Of a DNA stretch of 64,000 bases, positions 34,546-44,200 are shown piece after piece. The position numbers were made by a program, and so were the translations under genes. The stretch is from a virus: IMG/VR virus record IMGVR_UViG_3300002854_000001, positions 6,398 through 70,397 of that record. One strand, given 5' to 3'. Under the pieces are notes generated by a model that was not told the origin of the DNA, did not search any database, and saw only the letters and a program-made list of their open reading frames with translations. The stretch's first letter is position 1. Every line of letters begins with the position of its first letter.

Positions 34546-36129
34546 ATGCTTTTCGGGCTCAACAAAGTTCTCTCCGGCGTTTTCGGCCGCACGTCGCGGC
34601 CGCCGCATGTCATTCGGGCTGAGCCAACCCTGGAGAAGCTGGGGGCAGGGCAACTGCCGCCGATCATCGAGCCCAAGGTGCCGACGAAGCCGCAGGCGCA
34701 GCAGAGCTTTTCCAAGCGATCGCGCACGTCCAACGGGGACCAGCGCCTTACGGCGACCGACCGGCGGACCGCGAACCTCGATCTGCTGTCGCTGCGAAAC
34801 GGCACCAGCACCAAGTCGACCATCCACGACCTGGCGCAGGTGTCACCAGACCTCTCCGCCAGCGTCTGGGCCTACCAACGCATGGTGGTCACGCGCGAGT
34901 TCTCCGCGGTGGCGCGCAACCAGGACGGCACGCCCAATCCCGAAGCGACAGCTGCAGTGCAGCAGCTGATCGCGCGCTTCAACTACCTCACCGACTACGT
35001 CGACGGCTTCAGCGGCGTCTCATCGATCCATTCGCTGGCCGAGTCGCTCACCAAGGAGCTGAGGCTGTACGGGTCGTGCGCGCTCGAGCTGGTGCTGGAC
35101 AAGGCGCGCCTCCCGAACCGGCTTGTGCCGGTCTCGACGACGCAGATCGAGTTCATGGAGGACAACACCGGCTACACCTACCCGGTGCAGAAGGCGACGG
35201 TCGGCGACATCCCGCTGGATGTCGTGACGTTCTTCTACGAGGCACTCGATCAGGACCTGCTGCAGGCCTACTCGGATTCGCCGATGGAGGCCGCACTGCA
35301 GGCCGTCCTTGCGGACACCGAGTTCACAAACGATGTGCGAAGGGTCATCAAGCGCGCGCTGCACCCGAGGCTCGACGCCGCGATCGACTACGAAAAGTTC
35401 CGAGACTCCATGCCGCCCGAGGTTTCGGGCGATGCGGAGAAGATGCAGGAATGGACCGATGCCTTCATCGACGGGGTCTCCGAAACCGTCAACGGCCTTG
35501 AGCCCGACGATGCGCTCGTCCACTTCGACTCCGTGAAGTTCGACTACCTGAACAACGGCAACGTCACCCTGAACAAGGAGTGGGAGACCCTCCAGGGCAT
35601 GGTGAACCAGAAGATGGCCACCGGCGCGAAGGCGCCTCCCGCCGTCCTCGGCCACGGCTCGGGTTCGCAGAACGTCGCATCAACCGAGAGCGCTCTGTTT
35701 GCTCGCTACTGCGAAGGCGTGCAGAACAAGGTCAACTCGATCATCTCGCGCGCGCTCACGCTAGGCACCCGCCTGCTTGGCCACGATGTCTATGTCGTCT
35801 TCGCGCTCGACCGCGTTGACCTGCGGCCCGACAGCGAGCTCGAGGCCTTCCGCGCCATGAAACAAAGCCGCGTGCTCGAGCAGCTGAGCCTGGGCCTGAT
35901 CTCCGATGAGGAGGCTGCCCTGAAGCTCACCGGCCAACTGCCGCCGCCAGGCGCGCCAAAGCTGTCCGGCACCTTCTTCAAGGCCGGCGCGACGGACCCG
36001 AATGCGGCACCCACGAGCAACACCGGCGCGCTGGGCCAGGACCTCGAGCCCGACACGCCCAAGAACAACAAGGGCAAGGAGCCCGATAACTCCACCAACA
36101 AGGCGCCCGCGGTCAAGCGGGTGAAGTGA
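34546..36129 (+). CDS. Portal protein
   Basis: Position after terL, 527 aa, ELRLYGSCALEL, ISDEEAALKL near the C-terminus. Confidence 0.8.
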   Translation: MLFGLNKVLSGVFGRTSRPPHVIRAEPTLEKLGAGQLPPIIEPKVPTKPQAQQSFSKRSRTSNGDQRLTATDRRTANLDLLSLRNGTSTKSTIHDLAQVSPDLSASVWAYQRMVVTREFSAVARNQDGTPNPEATAAVQQLIARFNYLTDYVDGFSGVSSIHSLAESLTKELRLYGSCALELVLDKARLPNRLVPVSTTQIEFMEDNTGYTYPVQKATVGDIPLDVVTFFYEALDQDLLQAYSDSPMEAALQAVLADTEFTNDVRRVIKRALHPRLDAAIDYEKFRDSMPPEVSGDAEKMQEWTDAFIDGVSETVNGLEPDDALVHFDSVKFDYLNNGNVTLNKEWETLQGMVNQKMATGAKAPPAVLGHGSGSQNVASTESALFARYCEGVQNKVNSIISRALTLGTRLLGHDVYVVFALDRVDLRPDSELEAFRAMKQSRVLEQLSLGLISDEEAALKLTGQLPPPGAPKLSGTFFKAGATDPNAAPTSNTGALGQDLEPDTPKNNKGKEPDNSTNKAPAVKRVK

Positions 36130-37640
36130 CCATGGATCTCTTCGATATCAAGCTCTGGGCGGGGACGGAGGAGTCCCTTGCTGCGTACCTGCTCCAGCTG
36201 CGCAAGGTGGCGATGGACGCCTCCTTCAGCGACATCCTCGCGAACGGCGACGGCCGACCCGACAAGGTCGCCTTCAGCGGTCAACGTGAAGCCGAAGAGA
36301 TGCCGCGCCTGCTGCGAGTTGCCGACGGCGTGGCCACAATCCGCATCGCCGGCGCGCTGAACAACAGCGCGCACTGGCTCAACCAGTACTTGGGCGCGAC
36401 CGGCTACCCCGAGATTCGTGAAGCCCTTGTTCACGCGGCCAACGACCCTGCGATCAAGTCCATCGTGCTGGACATCGCATCGGGCGGCGGCGCGGTGGCG
36501 GGCATGTTCGACACGAGCGAGCTGATCGCGAAGATCGACAGGAAGATCAAGCCGGTCCACGCCTTCAGCGACAGCTCCATCATGTCCGCGGCGTACGCGC
36601 TAGGTGTTTCCGCGCGTACGGTGACGATCTCAAAGTCGGCGGAGGCTGGCTCGGTCGGCGTACTGATCGTCCACCAGGAGATGAGCCAGATGATGGAGAA
36701 GGTGGGCATCACGCCTACCGTCATTCGCGCTGGCAAGTACAAGGCCCTGGGCAACCCCTACGAGCCGCTCTCGGAGCTTGCAAGGGAAGAGCTCCAGGCC
36801 AGCGTCGACCACAGCTACGGCCTCTTCATCGACCACGTTGCCCAGCACCGCAGCGTCACCTCGGCAATCGCAGATTCAAAGATGGGGCAGGGCCGCGTCT
36901 TTCCCGGGGAACGGGCCAAGGATGCGGGGCTGGTCGATGCGATCGGCACCTTCGACGACGTGATGGGCAAGGCACAGGTCGTCAAGCAGAAAGAAAACAT
37001 GCGGGGTGGGATTGCCACCGGAAATTCCAATTCCCAGTATGGCGCGAATTCTCAAGGACCAGCAGTGAAAACTCCCCTCACCGAAGCCCAGATCGCAGCG
37101 CTCGCAGCCGGCGCCAGCGCCGTTCCCGCAGGAGACGCCAATGCCGGCGGAGGTGCGCAGCCCGACAAGGACGAAGCGACTCTCGCCGCTGAAGCCCAGG
37201 CCCGCGCGGATGCCGAAGCAGCGGCCGCAGCGGCCGCAGCTGCCAATGCCGCGGCGGACAAGCCCAACCAGGTCGTCGAGTACCTGCAGGGCCAGCTCGC
37301 CGCGGCTCAGGCGCGCGTCACCGAGCTGACGATCGAAGCGCGCGATGCAAAGGCGGCGGCCGATGCGCTGCAAACCAGTTTCACCGGCATGCGTTCGATC
37401 ACCGTCGCCGCTGTCAACCATCTGCGCGTGGCACTGGGCCATTCGGCCGGCGGCGCGGACGCAATGAGCGACACCGAGCTGCTGGCCTCGCACAGCTCGC
37501 TGCGAGAGCAGTTCGAAAAGAAGTTCAAGGCGGGTGGCGTTGCCGCGGTTTCCGCGGACCCGTCGTCCGACAAGGAGGACCGTGGCGCGTCGGTTGACCC
37601 GGCTCGTCTGGCCCGTATCGCAGCTACTCGCCCCAAATAA
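36126..37640 (+). CDS. S49-family prohead protease with C-terminal scaffold domain
   Basis: IVLDIASGGG, MSAAYALG, AGSVGV, RAGKYKALGNP, LVDAIG. Confidence 0.9.
   Translation: MTMDLFDIKLWAGTEESLAAYLLQLRKVAMDASFSDILANGDGRPDKVAFSGQREAEEMPRLLRVADGVATIRIAGALNNSAHWLNQYLGATGYPEIREALVHAANDPAIKSIVLDIASGGGAVAGMFDTSELIAKIDRKIKPVHAFSDSSIMSAAYALGVSARTVTISKSAEAGSVGVLIVHQEMSQMMEKVGITPTVIRAGKYKALGNPYEPLSELAREELQASVDHSYGLFIDHVAQHRSVTSAIADSKMGQGRVFPGERAKDAGLVDAIGTFDDVMGKAQVVKQKENMRGGIATGNSNSQYGANSQGPAVKTPLTEAQIAALAAGASAVPAGDANAGGGAQPDKDEATLAAEAQARADAEAAAAAAAAANAAADKPNQVVEYLQGQLAAAQARVTELTIEARDAKAAADALQTSFTGMRSITVAAVNHLRVALGHSAGGADAMSDTELLASHSSLREQFEKKFKAGGVAAVSADPSSDKEDRGASVDPARLARIAATRPK
37005..37043 (+). promoter_or_regulatory. 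Candidate internal late promoter inside the protease gene
   Basis: GGTGGGATTGC-N19-CAGTATGGC. Confidence 0.5.
37065..37640 (+). CDS. Nested in-frame scaffolding protein (lambda Nu3-like arrangement)
   Basis: AAGGA RBS 6 nt before in-frame GTG; Ala-rich coiled coil; own promoter motif. Confidence 0.6.
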   Translation: MKTPLTEAQIAALAAGASAVPAGDANAGGGAQPDKDEATLAAEAQARADAEAAAAAAAAANAAADKPNQVVEYLQGQLAAAQARVTELTIEARDAKAAADALQTSFTGMRSITVAAVNHLRVALGHSAGGADAMSDTELLASHSSLREQFEKKFKAGGVAAVSADPSSDKEDRGASVDPARLARIAATRPK

Positions 37641-37650
37641 GGAGAACACC

Positions 37651-38133
37651 ATGGCGAAGTTCCAACTCAACGAGCTGATCCGCCCGTACGACACGAACAA
37701 GACCGTTCGTGCCGCCGACGGCACGGGCGCAGCGAACCAACTGTCCGATGCCGACGTCAACAAGTTCGTGAAGCTGAAGGGCGACAGCCAGTACGGCCTG
37801 TGCGCCGCGGGCGACGAGATCGAGGGCTTCCTCGCGACGGCTGACGAGGCCGGCGGCGCGCTGTATGACGGCTTCAAGCTCGGCACCATCCAGGAGGAGG
37901 GCCGTAAGACCGTCGTTCTGGACGGCCTGCAGGCGACGCCTGGCACCGGCACGATCGCCGTGAACGATTTCGTGGTCGCCGGCACTGTGGTCGCCCGCGG
38001 CACCAAGCTCTCGAGCCACCCGCGCGTCTGCAAGGCCACCGGCGGCAAGGAGACCCTGTCGTTCCTCTGGCGCGTCGTGGCCCTGAAGGGCACCGGCGCC
38101 GTCGGCCAGGTGGCCGTCATCGAACGCGTCTGA
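37651..38133 (+). CDS. Head decoration/cement protein
   Basis: AAGGAG RBS; between scaffold and MCP; beta-rich. Confidence 0.65.
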   Translation: MAKFQLNELIRPYDTNKTVRAADGTGAANQLSDADVNKFVKLKGDSQYGLCAAGDEIEGFLATADEAGGALYDGFKLGTIQEEGRKTVVLDGLQATPGTGTIAVNDFVVAGTVVARGTKLSSHPRVCKATGGKETLSFLWRVVALKGTGAVGQVAVIERV

Positions 38134-38162
38134 TCACCAACCCACAGAACAAGGAGAAAAAA

Positions 38163-39344
38163 GTGGGCAAAGAACTCGTCTACATCGACGCGCAGGGCAA
38201 GAACCAGGCGATCGACCTCGGCCTCGACACGTACAAGAGCGCCGCCGACGCCAACCAGAGCGTGCCGCAGTACCTTGCGACCCGCTTCCCGACCGATGCC
38301 TCGAAGTACGGCAGCCCGTTCGAGCAGCTGTGCGAGCAGACCGGCATCTTCGTGAAAGGCAACAAGGACTTCGGCATTCGTCCGTCCACCGTGGGCGAGG
38401 TGCTGAGTCCCAAGCAGGATGCCGCGTCGATCACCAAGGAAGGCGTTCCGGCGTCGCGCATCCTGTTCCCCGCGGTGATCCTCGGTGTCATCGAAGACAA
38501 GCTGGCCACCGACCTGAAGACCAGCGTCGCCGGCCTGGATCTGATGATCGCGGTGGACGACAGCATCTCCGGCGACAAGTTCGAGCGCCCGGTGCTGAAC
38601 TTCAGCAACCCGGAAGCAGCCCGTAGCGCGCCGGTCGGCCAGCTTGCTCTGCCGCAGTCCATGCTGACCATCACGGCATCGGACGTGGCGCGCAAGATCC
38701 CGAGCTGGGCCATCGGCCTGGAAATCTCGGAACAGGCGCAGCGCTCGACCACCCTGGACCTGGTCGGCCTTGCCGTCGGCCGTCAGGCTGCGGTGGAGTC
38801 GAGCGAGAAGGCCTACGGCTACATCCTGTCGTTCCTGAACGGCGATTCGGACTATGCGATCTCTGCGCTGTCGTCGATCGCCGGCAAGGTGGTCGCCGCG
38901 AGCTCGCTCGACGCCGCAGCCACCGGCGGCAAGCTGACCCAGACCGCCTGGATCAAGTGGCTGGCGCGCAATGCGCACAAGCGCACCGTCAGTCTGGTGG
39001 TGACCGACCTGGCCGGCGCGATGGCGATCGAAAACCGCGAGGGCAAGCCGACCAACCAGAACGACAACCCGAACAGCCCCCGCATCGACACCCTGATGCA
39101 GGTGATCAACCCGAGCTGGACCTCGACCGTCAAGATCTTCCTGACGAACGACCCGAACTGGCCGGCCGGCACGATCATGGGCATGGACACGCGTTACGCC
39201 GTGCACCGCGTGAAGTCTCTGACCGCCGAGTACAGCGCCATCGAGCAGTTCGTGCTCAAGCGCTCGACCGCTATGCGCGTGGACAAGGGCGAGCTGCTGT
39301 ACCGGCTGTTCGACGAGGCGTTCGAGGTCCTGACGCTCACCTAA
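38163..39344 (+). CDS. Major capsid protein
   Basis: 393 aa, strongest codon bias, AAGGAG RBS, synteny. Confidence 0.85.
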   Translation: MGKELVYIDAQGKNQAIDLGLDTYKSAADANQSVPQYLATRFPTDASKYGSPFEQLCEQTGIFVKGNKDFGIRPSTVGEVLSPKQDAASITKEGVPASRILFPAVILGVIEDKLATDLKTSVAGLDLMIAVDDSISGDKFERPVLNFSNPEAARSAPVGQLALPQSMLTITASDVARKIPSWAIGLEISEQAQRSTTLDLVGLAVGRQAAVESSEKAYGYILSFLNGDSDYAISALSSIAGKVVAASSLDAAATGGKLTQTAWIKWLARNAHKRTVSLVVTDLAGAMAIENREGKPTNQNDNPNSPRIDTLMQVINPSWTSTVKIFLTNDPNWPAGTIMGMDTRYAVHRVKSLTAEYSAIEQFVLKRSTAMRVDKGELLYRLFDEAFEVLTLT

Positions 39345-39366
39345 GCAGCTCAGACCCGGCAGTAGG

Positions 39367-39392
39367 GCGCCGGCCGGCTTGCTGGCCGGCGC
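39367..39392 (+). terminator. Hairpin after the MCP gene
   Basis: GCGCCGGCC-N8-GGCCGGCGC followed by TCTCCTTC. Confidence 0.45.
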
Positions 39393-39419
39393 TCTCCTTC
39401 AACCCTTCGACACAGCTCC

Positions 39420-39722
39420 ATGACGAACAAGAACAATCAGAACCGCCAGCAGCCCGCTGGTCAAGGCAACAACCAAGCGGGCGCTGGCGCGTCCGCAAAT
39501 CAGGGCGGCGCAAGTGACGCCGCCCAGGTGTCCGCAAGCTCGAAACCACCTGCCCCGAAGTGGGCGATCGGCGACGTGGTCGACCTCGTGCCCGTCTTCG
39601 GTCCGGTCCGGCATCTCCATACCGACGAACTGTTCGGTGCCGAACCCAAGGCCGCCGAGATCGACGCGTTCATCGCTCTCCAACTCGAGGCCGGCAAGCT
39701 GGCCATCCACAGCGAATCCTGA
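39420..39722 (+). CDS. Hypothetical virion-module protein
   Basis: N/Q-rich N-terminus; follows MCP. Confidence 0.6.
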   Translation: MTNKNNQNRQQPAGQGNNQAGAGASANQGGASDAAQVSASSKPPAPKWAIGDVVDLVPVFGPVRHLHTDELFGAEPKAAEIDAFIALQLEAGKLAIHSES

Positions 39723-39743
39723 TCCTTTGCGGGAGCCCTTGGC

Positions 39744-40238
39744 ATGGCATTGACGCCTTACTGTGAGAACGCGGAGGTCCGGGCCGCCCTTGGCGTGAAC
39801 GCGATCGAGCTCGCCGACTCGGTGTTGGACCTGCCGATCTACGCGATCGGCTTGATGCGCGAGCTCTCCAAACTTGAGCCGCCCTTGCCTGCCCTTTTTC
39901 CAACCATCCACTCGAAGCCGGTCGACGGCCGTACTTCGGGTGAGCAGTCCCTGCACGACGCGGTCAAGCTCTTCAGCGCCTATGCCGCGGCGCGGCAGGT
40001 GGGCGTGTCGCTTGCCAGCCTCTTGCCGAAGGATGTCGGCGACGGCAAGGCCAGCATTTCACGCTTCGCAGACGCCCCCTACAAGGAAACACTCGCGCGC
40101 GTGGAGTCGATGTACCTCTCGACGCGCGCGAGCCTGGCCGCCACGCTGAAGGAGTACAACCAGGCGCCAGCCGCCGCTGCGCGGACCCCGCGACCGTTCC
40201 TCGCCGCGGTCCGCGGCTACGACCCTGTGACGGGCTGA
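39744..40238 (+). CDS. Head-tail adaptor-like protein
   Basis: YCENAEVRAALGV pattern; synteny. Confidence 0.65.
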   Translation: MALTPYCENAEVRAALGVNAIELADSVLDLPIYAIGLMRELSKLEPPLPALFPTIHSKPVDGRTSGEQSLHDAVKLFSAYAAARQVGVSLASLLPKDVGDGKASISRFADAPYKETLARVESMYLSTRASLAATLKEYNQAPAAAARTPRPFLAAVRGYDPVTG

Positions 40239-40242
40239 CACC

Positions 40243-41079
40243 ATGATGACGCTGGCGGCTGCCTCGGCCTACTTCGACCGCACGCAGGTCTACGATGCCT
40301 ACAGCGGCGCGCCATTGTTCCTGGCGCAGGTGGACCCCTACGACGATTCCAAGCGCGACGCAATGGTGGCGTTCCGCCGCATCCTCTCGGTCGAACCCAC
40401 GATCGCAATTCCGACCCACCGGGCGCTGCGGATCTTCGGGTCGGTGTGGGTCGTCTCGGGCGAGCCGATGCCAGATGGACTGGAGGAGGTACACCGTGCG
40501 AAGTACGTGATCCAGATGTGCGACGCCGCGCTGGACATCGGGTCGATCTCCGAGTTCCTCGCCGGTGCTCCGCGCGTGCGGGCTTTCGGCTTCCCGTCCT
40601 GGGTCAAGGACGCGAAGTCTGAAGCTGAGTCCTCAGACGTGGCCAACCTCTTCGAGGTGGTGTTTGCCCACGGCACGACGGTGCGCGAGCGAGACGTGAT
40701 CTGGCGCGCTGGCCGCGCCTTCCTTGCGCTCTCGGTGCGCCAGCTTGCGTCTGACTTCGTCGCGGCAAACGCCCTCGAGCTCGAGCAGATGACGCCGCAG
40801 GATGCTGTGCTCCAGTCGCGCCAGTACTCGCCGGCGCTGGGCGAATACACGCTTGGAGCGCTGATCGCCTCCAAGGCTATGCGTGTGCGCTGGCAGAGCC
40901 TGTTTCGCTATGAGGCACAGCTGGATGAGCGCTTCCAGGAGGGCGATTTCACCCTGGCACTGCCGGCCGGAGTGGAGGTCTCGACATCGACCAGGATCCA
41001 GTTCGACGGCATGTCACTCAGCGTGAGGGGCGTGTCCGCATTCGATGGCGGTGTGGCTGCGCACGTCCGGAGACTGTGA
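40243..41079 (+). CDS. Neck/head-closure-like protein
   Basis: Synteny; beta-rich 278 aa. Confidence 0.5.
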   Translation: MMTLAAASAYFDRTQVYDAYSGAPLFLAQVDPYDDSKRDAMVAFRRILSVEPTIAIPTHRALRIFGSVWVVSGEPMPDGLEEVHRAKYVIQMCDAALDIGSISEFLAGAPRVRAFGFPSWVKDAKSEAESSDVANLFEVVFAHGTTVRERDVIWRAGRAFLALSVRQLASDFVAANALELEQMTPQDAVLQSRQYSPALGEYTLGALIASKAMRVRWQSLFRYEAQLDERFQEGDFTLALPAGVEVSTSTRIQFDGMSLSVRGVSAFDGGVAAHVRRL

Positions 41080-41086
41080 CGTGGGA

Positions 41087-41632
41087 ATGATTCGAAACAA
41101 GGCCGCGGTCAAGCGCGACATCGCTCTGGCGATGACGAAGCTGGAGGAGGCGCCTGTCGCCCTCTACCGCGGGATTGTCTGGGAGATCTTCGTCCGCATT
41201 GTGATGCAGACCCCGCAGTTCAGCGGCCGAGCAGCCGCCAACTGGAACCTCTCGATCAACAGCCCAGACATGAGCTTCGACCCGAACATGGGTGAGGAAC
41301 TCGAGCTGACGAAATCCGGCTACCTGCAGAAAGCGCCGCACGAGAAGGGCGACATGAAGTGGGCATCCGAGTCGCTCGAGCGCGCACGTTACGTGATGCG
41401 CCGCATCCGCAAGGGAGACCGGGTCTACATCACCAATGCAACGCGCGGCGACGACGACGGTGGAAAGTCGAGCGGTGCCTATCTCGCGGATCTACAAAGC
41501 TCGAGCTACTGGGCGACGAAGCTGCGACTAGCCAACCAGCCATACGAGACCGCCATGGAGTCGGCGATGCTGGTAGCAGAAGGCTACCTCGCGAACGGAA
41601 CGATGCCGCTGAGCGGCCTGGAGGAAGCATGA
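41087..41632 (+). CDS. Tail completion / HK97 gp10-like neck protein
   Basis: QTPQFSGRAAANWNLS..YITNA motif. Confidence 0.7.
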   Translation: MIRNKAAVKRDIALAMTKLEEAPVALYRGIVWEIFVRIVMQTPQFSGRAAANWNLSINSPDMSFDPNMGEELELTKSGYLQKAPHEKGDMKWASESLERARYVMRRIRKGDRVYITNATRGDDDGGKSSGAYLADLQSSSYWATKLRLANQPYETAMESAMLVAEGYLANGTMPLSGLEEA

Positions 41633-42036
41633 GTACGGAGGTATTCCGCAAAGCGGTGCAGGGCAGGGTGGAAGACTGGCGCGTGGCGGCACACCCGTCG
41701 GTGCCGGCGTTCTATGAGAACGGTCCGGTCCCTGAGGAATCGGTGGTGGGGCCTATCTGGATCGACTGCCTGATTCGCTGGTATGGCGCGAAGCTGGTGA
41801 GCGTGGGCGAACGGCCCGCGGGACGTCACACCGGGACGATCCTCACGAACGTCTACTTCCGAGGTGGCGAGGGCACCGCACGCCCGGACCAGATCATCGA
41901 TGAGCTGGTCGAGTTGCTGCGCGCCAAGAGGGTGGGCGGAGCCCTGCTTACCATGCCGCAGCGCACCGTCCCGACGGACTTCTTCGGCTGGTACAAGGCC
42001 GGCTTGCTGACGCCTTTCACGCTCGACAGCGCGTGA
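41629..42036 (+). CDS. Tail terminator-like protein
   Basis: ATGA overlap; FYENG..G..LTNVYFRGGEG; directly before the tube gene. Confidence 0.65.
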   Translation: MSTEVFRKAVQGRVEDWRVAAHPSVPAFYENGPVPEESVVGPIWIDCLIRWYGAKLVSVGERPAGRHTGTILTNVYFRGGEGTARPDQIIDELVELLRAKRVGGALLTMPQRTVPTDFFGWYKAGLLTPFTLDSA

Positions 42037-42041
42037 TGCAC

Positions 42042-42080
42042 GGGGGGATTCCATTCTTCCCCCATCGTTCCTAGTCTGCC
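42042..42080 (+). promoter_or_regulatory. Candidate late promoter (tail tube)
   Basis: GGGGGGATTCC-N19-TAGTCTGCC. Confidence 0.55.
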
Positions 42081-42113
42081 CCGCAACAAGAACAAGAAGA
42101 TTGCGGAGCAACC

Positions 42114-43340
42114 ATGCCCTTTTCGTCCGGCTCGTCCCAGCAAGTCAGGTACATCTCCGAGACGGTCCGGGGCACCACCCCAGTCGCCGGCAACAGCACG
42201 AACCTGCGCGTCGTGAAACCCACGTTCAAGACTTCTATCGAGACCGCCAAGTCGGCAGAAGTCACCGCGACGCGGATGTCCAGTGGCAGCACCCGGGTCG
42301 ACATGAATGTCGACGGCGGCTTCGACTTCGAGCTCTCAGCCAAGGAGTTCGACCCGTTCCTGCAAGCCGTCATCGGCGGCACCTACGCTCACTACGGAAC
42401 CGCCGGCCTTGGCGCGGTATTCGCCATGCAGACCACGGCCACTTCGGTGAAGGCGGCCGTCGCGCCCACGACGACCTCGGCGTTCACCAACGTCGCCGTG
42501 GGCAGCTGGTTCAAGATCGTGCCGCCGGCTGCCGCCTCCGCTGCTGTCAAAGCCTATTTCCGCAATGCATGGTTCAAGTGTTCGGCGCGCACCGCGACGG
42601 ACATCACGGTCGACGCAAGCACACCGATCACGGCGCCCGGTCTTTTTGCCGCCGATCAGGCGGGCTACGCAATCAGCCAGTCGACCGTCTCGAACAGCGG
42701 CACGCGCCAGACGTTCTCGTTCGAGCGCGACATGACGGACGTTGGTTCGAAGCTCCTGTACACCGGCATGGAGCCCAACACGATGGAACTCAGCGTCGAG
42801 GTTGGCTCCATCGTGACCGGCTCGTTCGGCTTCATCGGCATGTCCCATGACGTGCGCGATGGTGCGAGCTTCCTGCCGGGCACGCCGGCGCAGTCGCAGG
42901 CCTTCGAGGTGATGAACTCGGTGACCGATGTGGGCACCATCTACGAGAACGGCGTGAACCTGCTTGCCAACTCGTCGTTCATCAAGAGCATGTCGATCAG
43001 CCTGAACAACAACGCGCGCGGCCAGAAGGCGGTGGGCCGCCTCGGCAACGCAGGTGTGGGCCTTGGCGAGTTCGAGATCACTGGCACCATGCAGGTCTAC
43101 TTCGAGAGCTCTGCCTACTATCGGAAATGGCTGGACGGCGTCCGCACCAGCTTGACCATGGGCCTGGTCGACGCAGCCGGCAACGGCTACCTGATCGAGC
43201 TGGACAAGGTCAAGTTCAAGGACGGGGCGCTGACCGATGCAGGCAACAGCGACGACGTCATGCTCGATCTGCCTTTCGATGCCTTCTACGACGCAGCCAC
43301 CGGCCGCGGCATCCGAATCACGCGCGCAATCGCCGCGTAA
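42114..43340 (+). CDS. Major tail tube protein
   Basis: VRYISETVRGTTP..ITGTMQVYFES..LDLPFDA; 408 aa. Confidence 0.85.
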   Translation: MPFSSGSSQQVRYISETVRGTTPVAGNSTNLRVVKPTFKTSIETAKSAEVTATRMSSGSTRVDMNVDGGFDFELSAKEFDPFLQAVIGGTYAHYGTAGLGAVFAMQTTATSVKAAVAPTTTSAFTNVAVGSWFKIVPPAAASAAVKAYFRNAWFKCSARTATDITVDASTPITAPGLFAADQAGYAISQSTVSNSGTRQTFSFERDMTDVGSKLLYTGMEPNTMELSVEVGSIVTGSFGFIGMSHDVRDGASFLPGTPAQSQAFEVMNSVTDVGTIYENGVNLLANSSFIKSMSISLNNNARGQKAVGRLGNAGVGLGEFEITGTMQVYFESSAYYRKWLDGVRTSLTMGLVDAAGNGYLIELDKVKFKDGALTDAGNSDDVMLDLPFDAFYDAATGRGIRITRAIAA

Positions 43341-43425
43341 AAAAGATCCGAAGGAGTGGCCGAGAGCCGCTCCTCGGCACGCAGCCCTCACGGGCGTTCC
43401 CTCCCGCAATAAAAAGAAGAAGACC

Positions 43426-43821
43426 ATGGACATTTTCGAAACCTTTGCCACCGACGAGAAGCTCGAAGTCGAGGGCGCCTGGTTCCCCCTCAGCAAGACG
43501 GTCAAGGTGCTGGTCGCGCGCTCGGGCAACGAGAACTACATCGACACCCTGCGTCGAAAGCTCGATGCCTCCGGCATCGACCTGACGAGCAAGGCGAAGG
43601 AGGACGAGGACGCCGCCGAGGCCGTTTTCATCGATGTCATGGCAGAGACGCTGCTGCTGGGCTGGCAGGGCATCACCAGCAAGGGTGAGCCCGTGGCGTA
43701 CTCCAAGGACGCAGCGCGCGCCTACCTTGCCGTGAAGGACTTCCGCAAGAAGGTGGTGGCGTTCTCGGAGACCTTCGAGGCATTCCGGGTCAAGGCCGAA
43801 AAGCAGCTGGGAAACGGCTGA
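43426..43821 (+). CDS. Tail assembly chaperone (gpG-like)
   Basis: MDIFETFATD..EVEGAW..LLGWQG; ends in slippery G GGA AAC. Confidence 0.8.
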   Translation: MDIFETFATDEKLEVEGAWFPLSKTVKVLVARSGNENYIDTLRRKLDASGIDLTSKAKEDEDAAEAVFIDVMAETLLLGWQGITSKGEPVAYSKDAARAYLAVKDFRKKVVAFSETFEAFRVKAEKQLGNG

Positions 43822-44183
43822 GAGAGCACCTGACGTGGCAGCTCACCTGGGGCAGCCACGTCAGGGTGCTTGAAGAGCGTGCAAGGGTCACCGGGAAGGC
43901 GCCTCCTGCGCTTCGTCGGCGGCCCAAGCTTCGCATCACGGATACGCCCTACGTCGATGCGTTTCAGATGCTCCATGTGGCGCGCGCCTTTGGGATAGCT
44001 GCGCCCAATCCGATCGCGATCGCTGAGATCCACGCGCTGTGTTCGCTCCTGGGGATTGTGCGGCGGAGCGAGAGGCTCAAGTATCTCCGGCTGATCCAAC
44101 TGCTTGACGGCGTCTTCCTTGCCCATTGGGCGGAGAAGAACCCGCCGCAGGGGAAGACGCCCCCGCGGGGCCACAAGAACTAG
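43809..44183 (+). CDS. -1 frameshift extension of the chaperone (gpT-like)
   Basis: GGGAAAC at 43809-43815 leads into an open -1 frame (KRLREHLTWQ..GHKN). Confidence 0.75.
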   Translation, partial: GKRLREHLTWQLTWGSHVRVLEERARVTGKAPPALRRRPKLRITDTPYVDAFQMLHVARAFGIAAPNPIAIAEIHALCSLLGIVRRSERLKYLRLIQLLDGVFLAHWAEKNPPQGKTPPRGHKN

Positions 44184-44200
44184 AACAACGGGCTCGGGCG

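Noticed and set aside
33139-39206. Long minus-strand ORFs (562 aa and 776 aa) in the head module
   Set aside because: Shadows of terL, the protease and the MCP.
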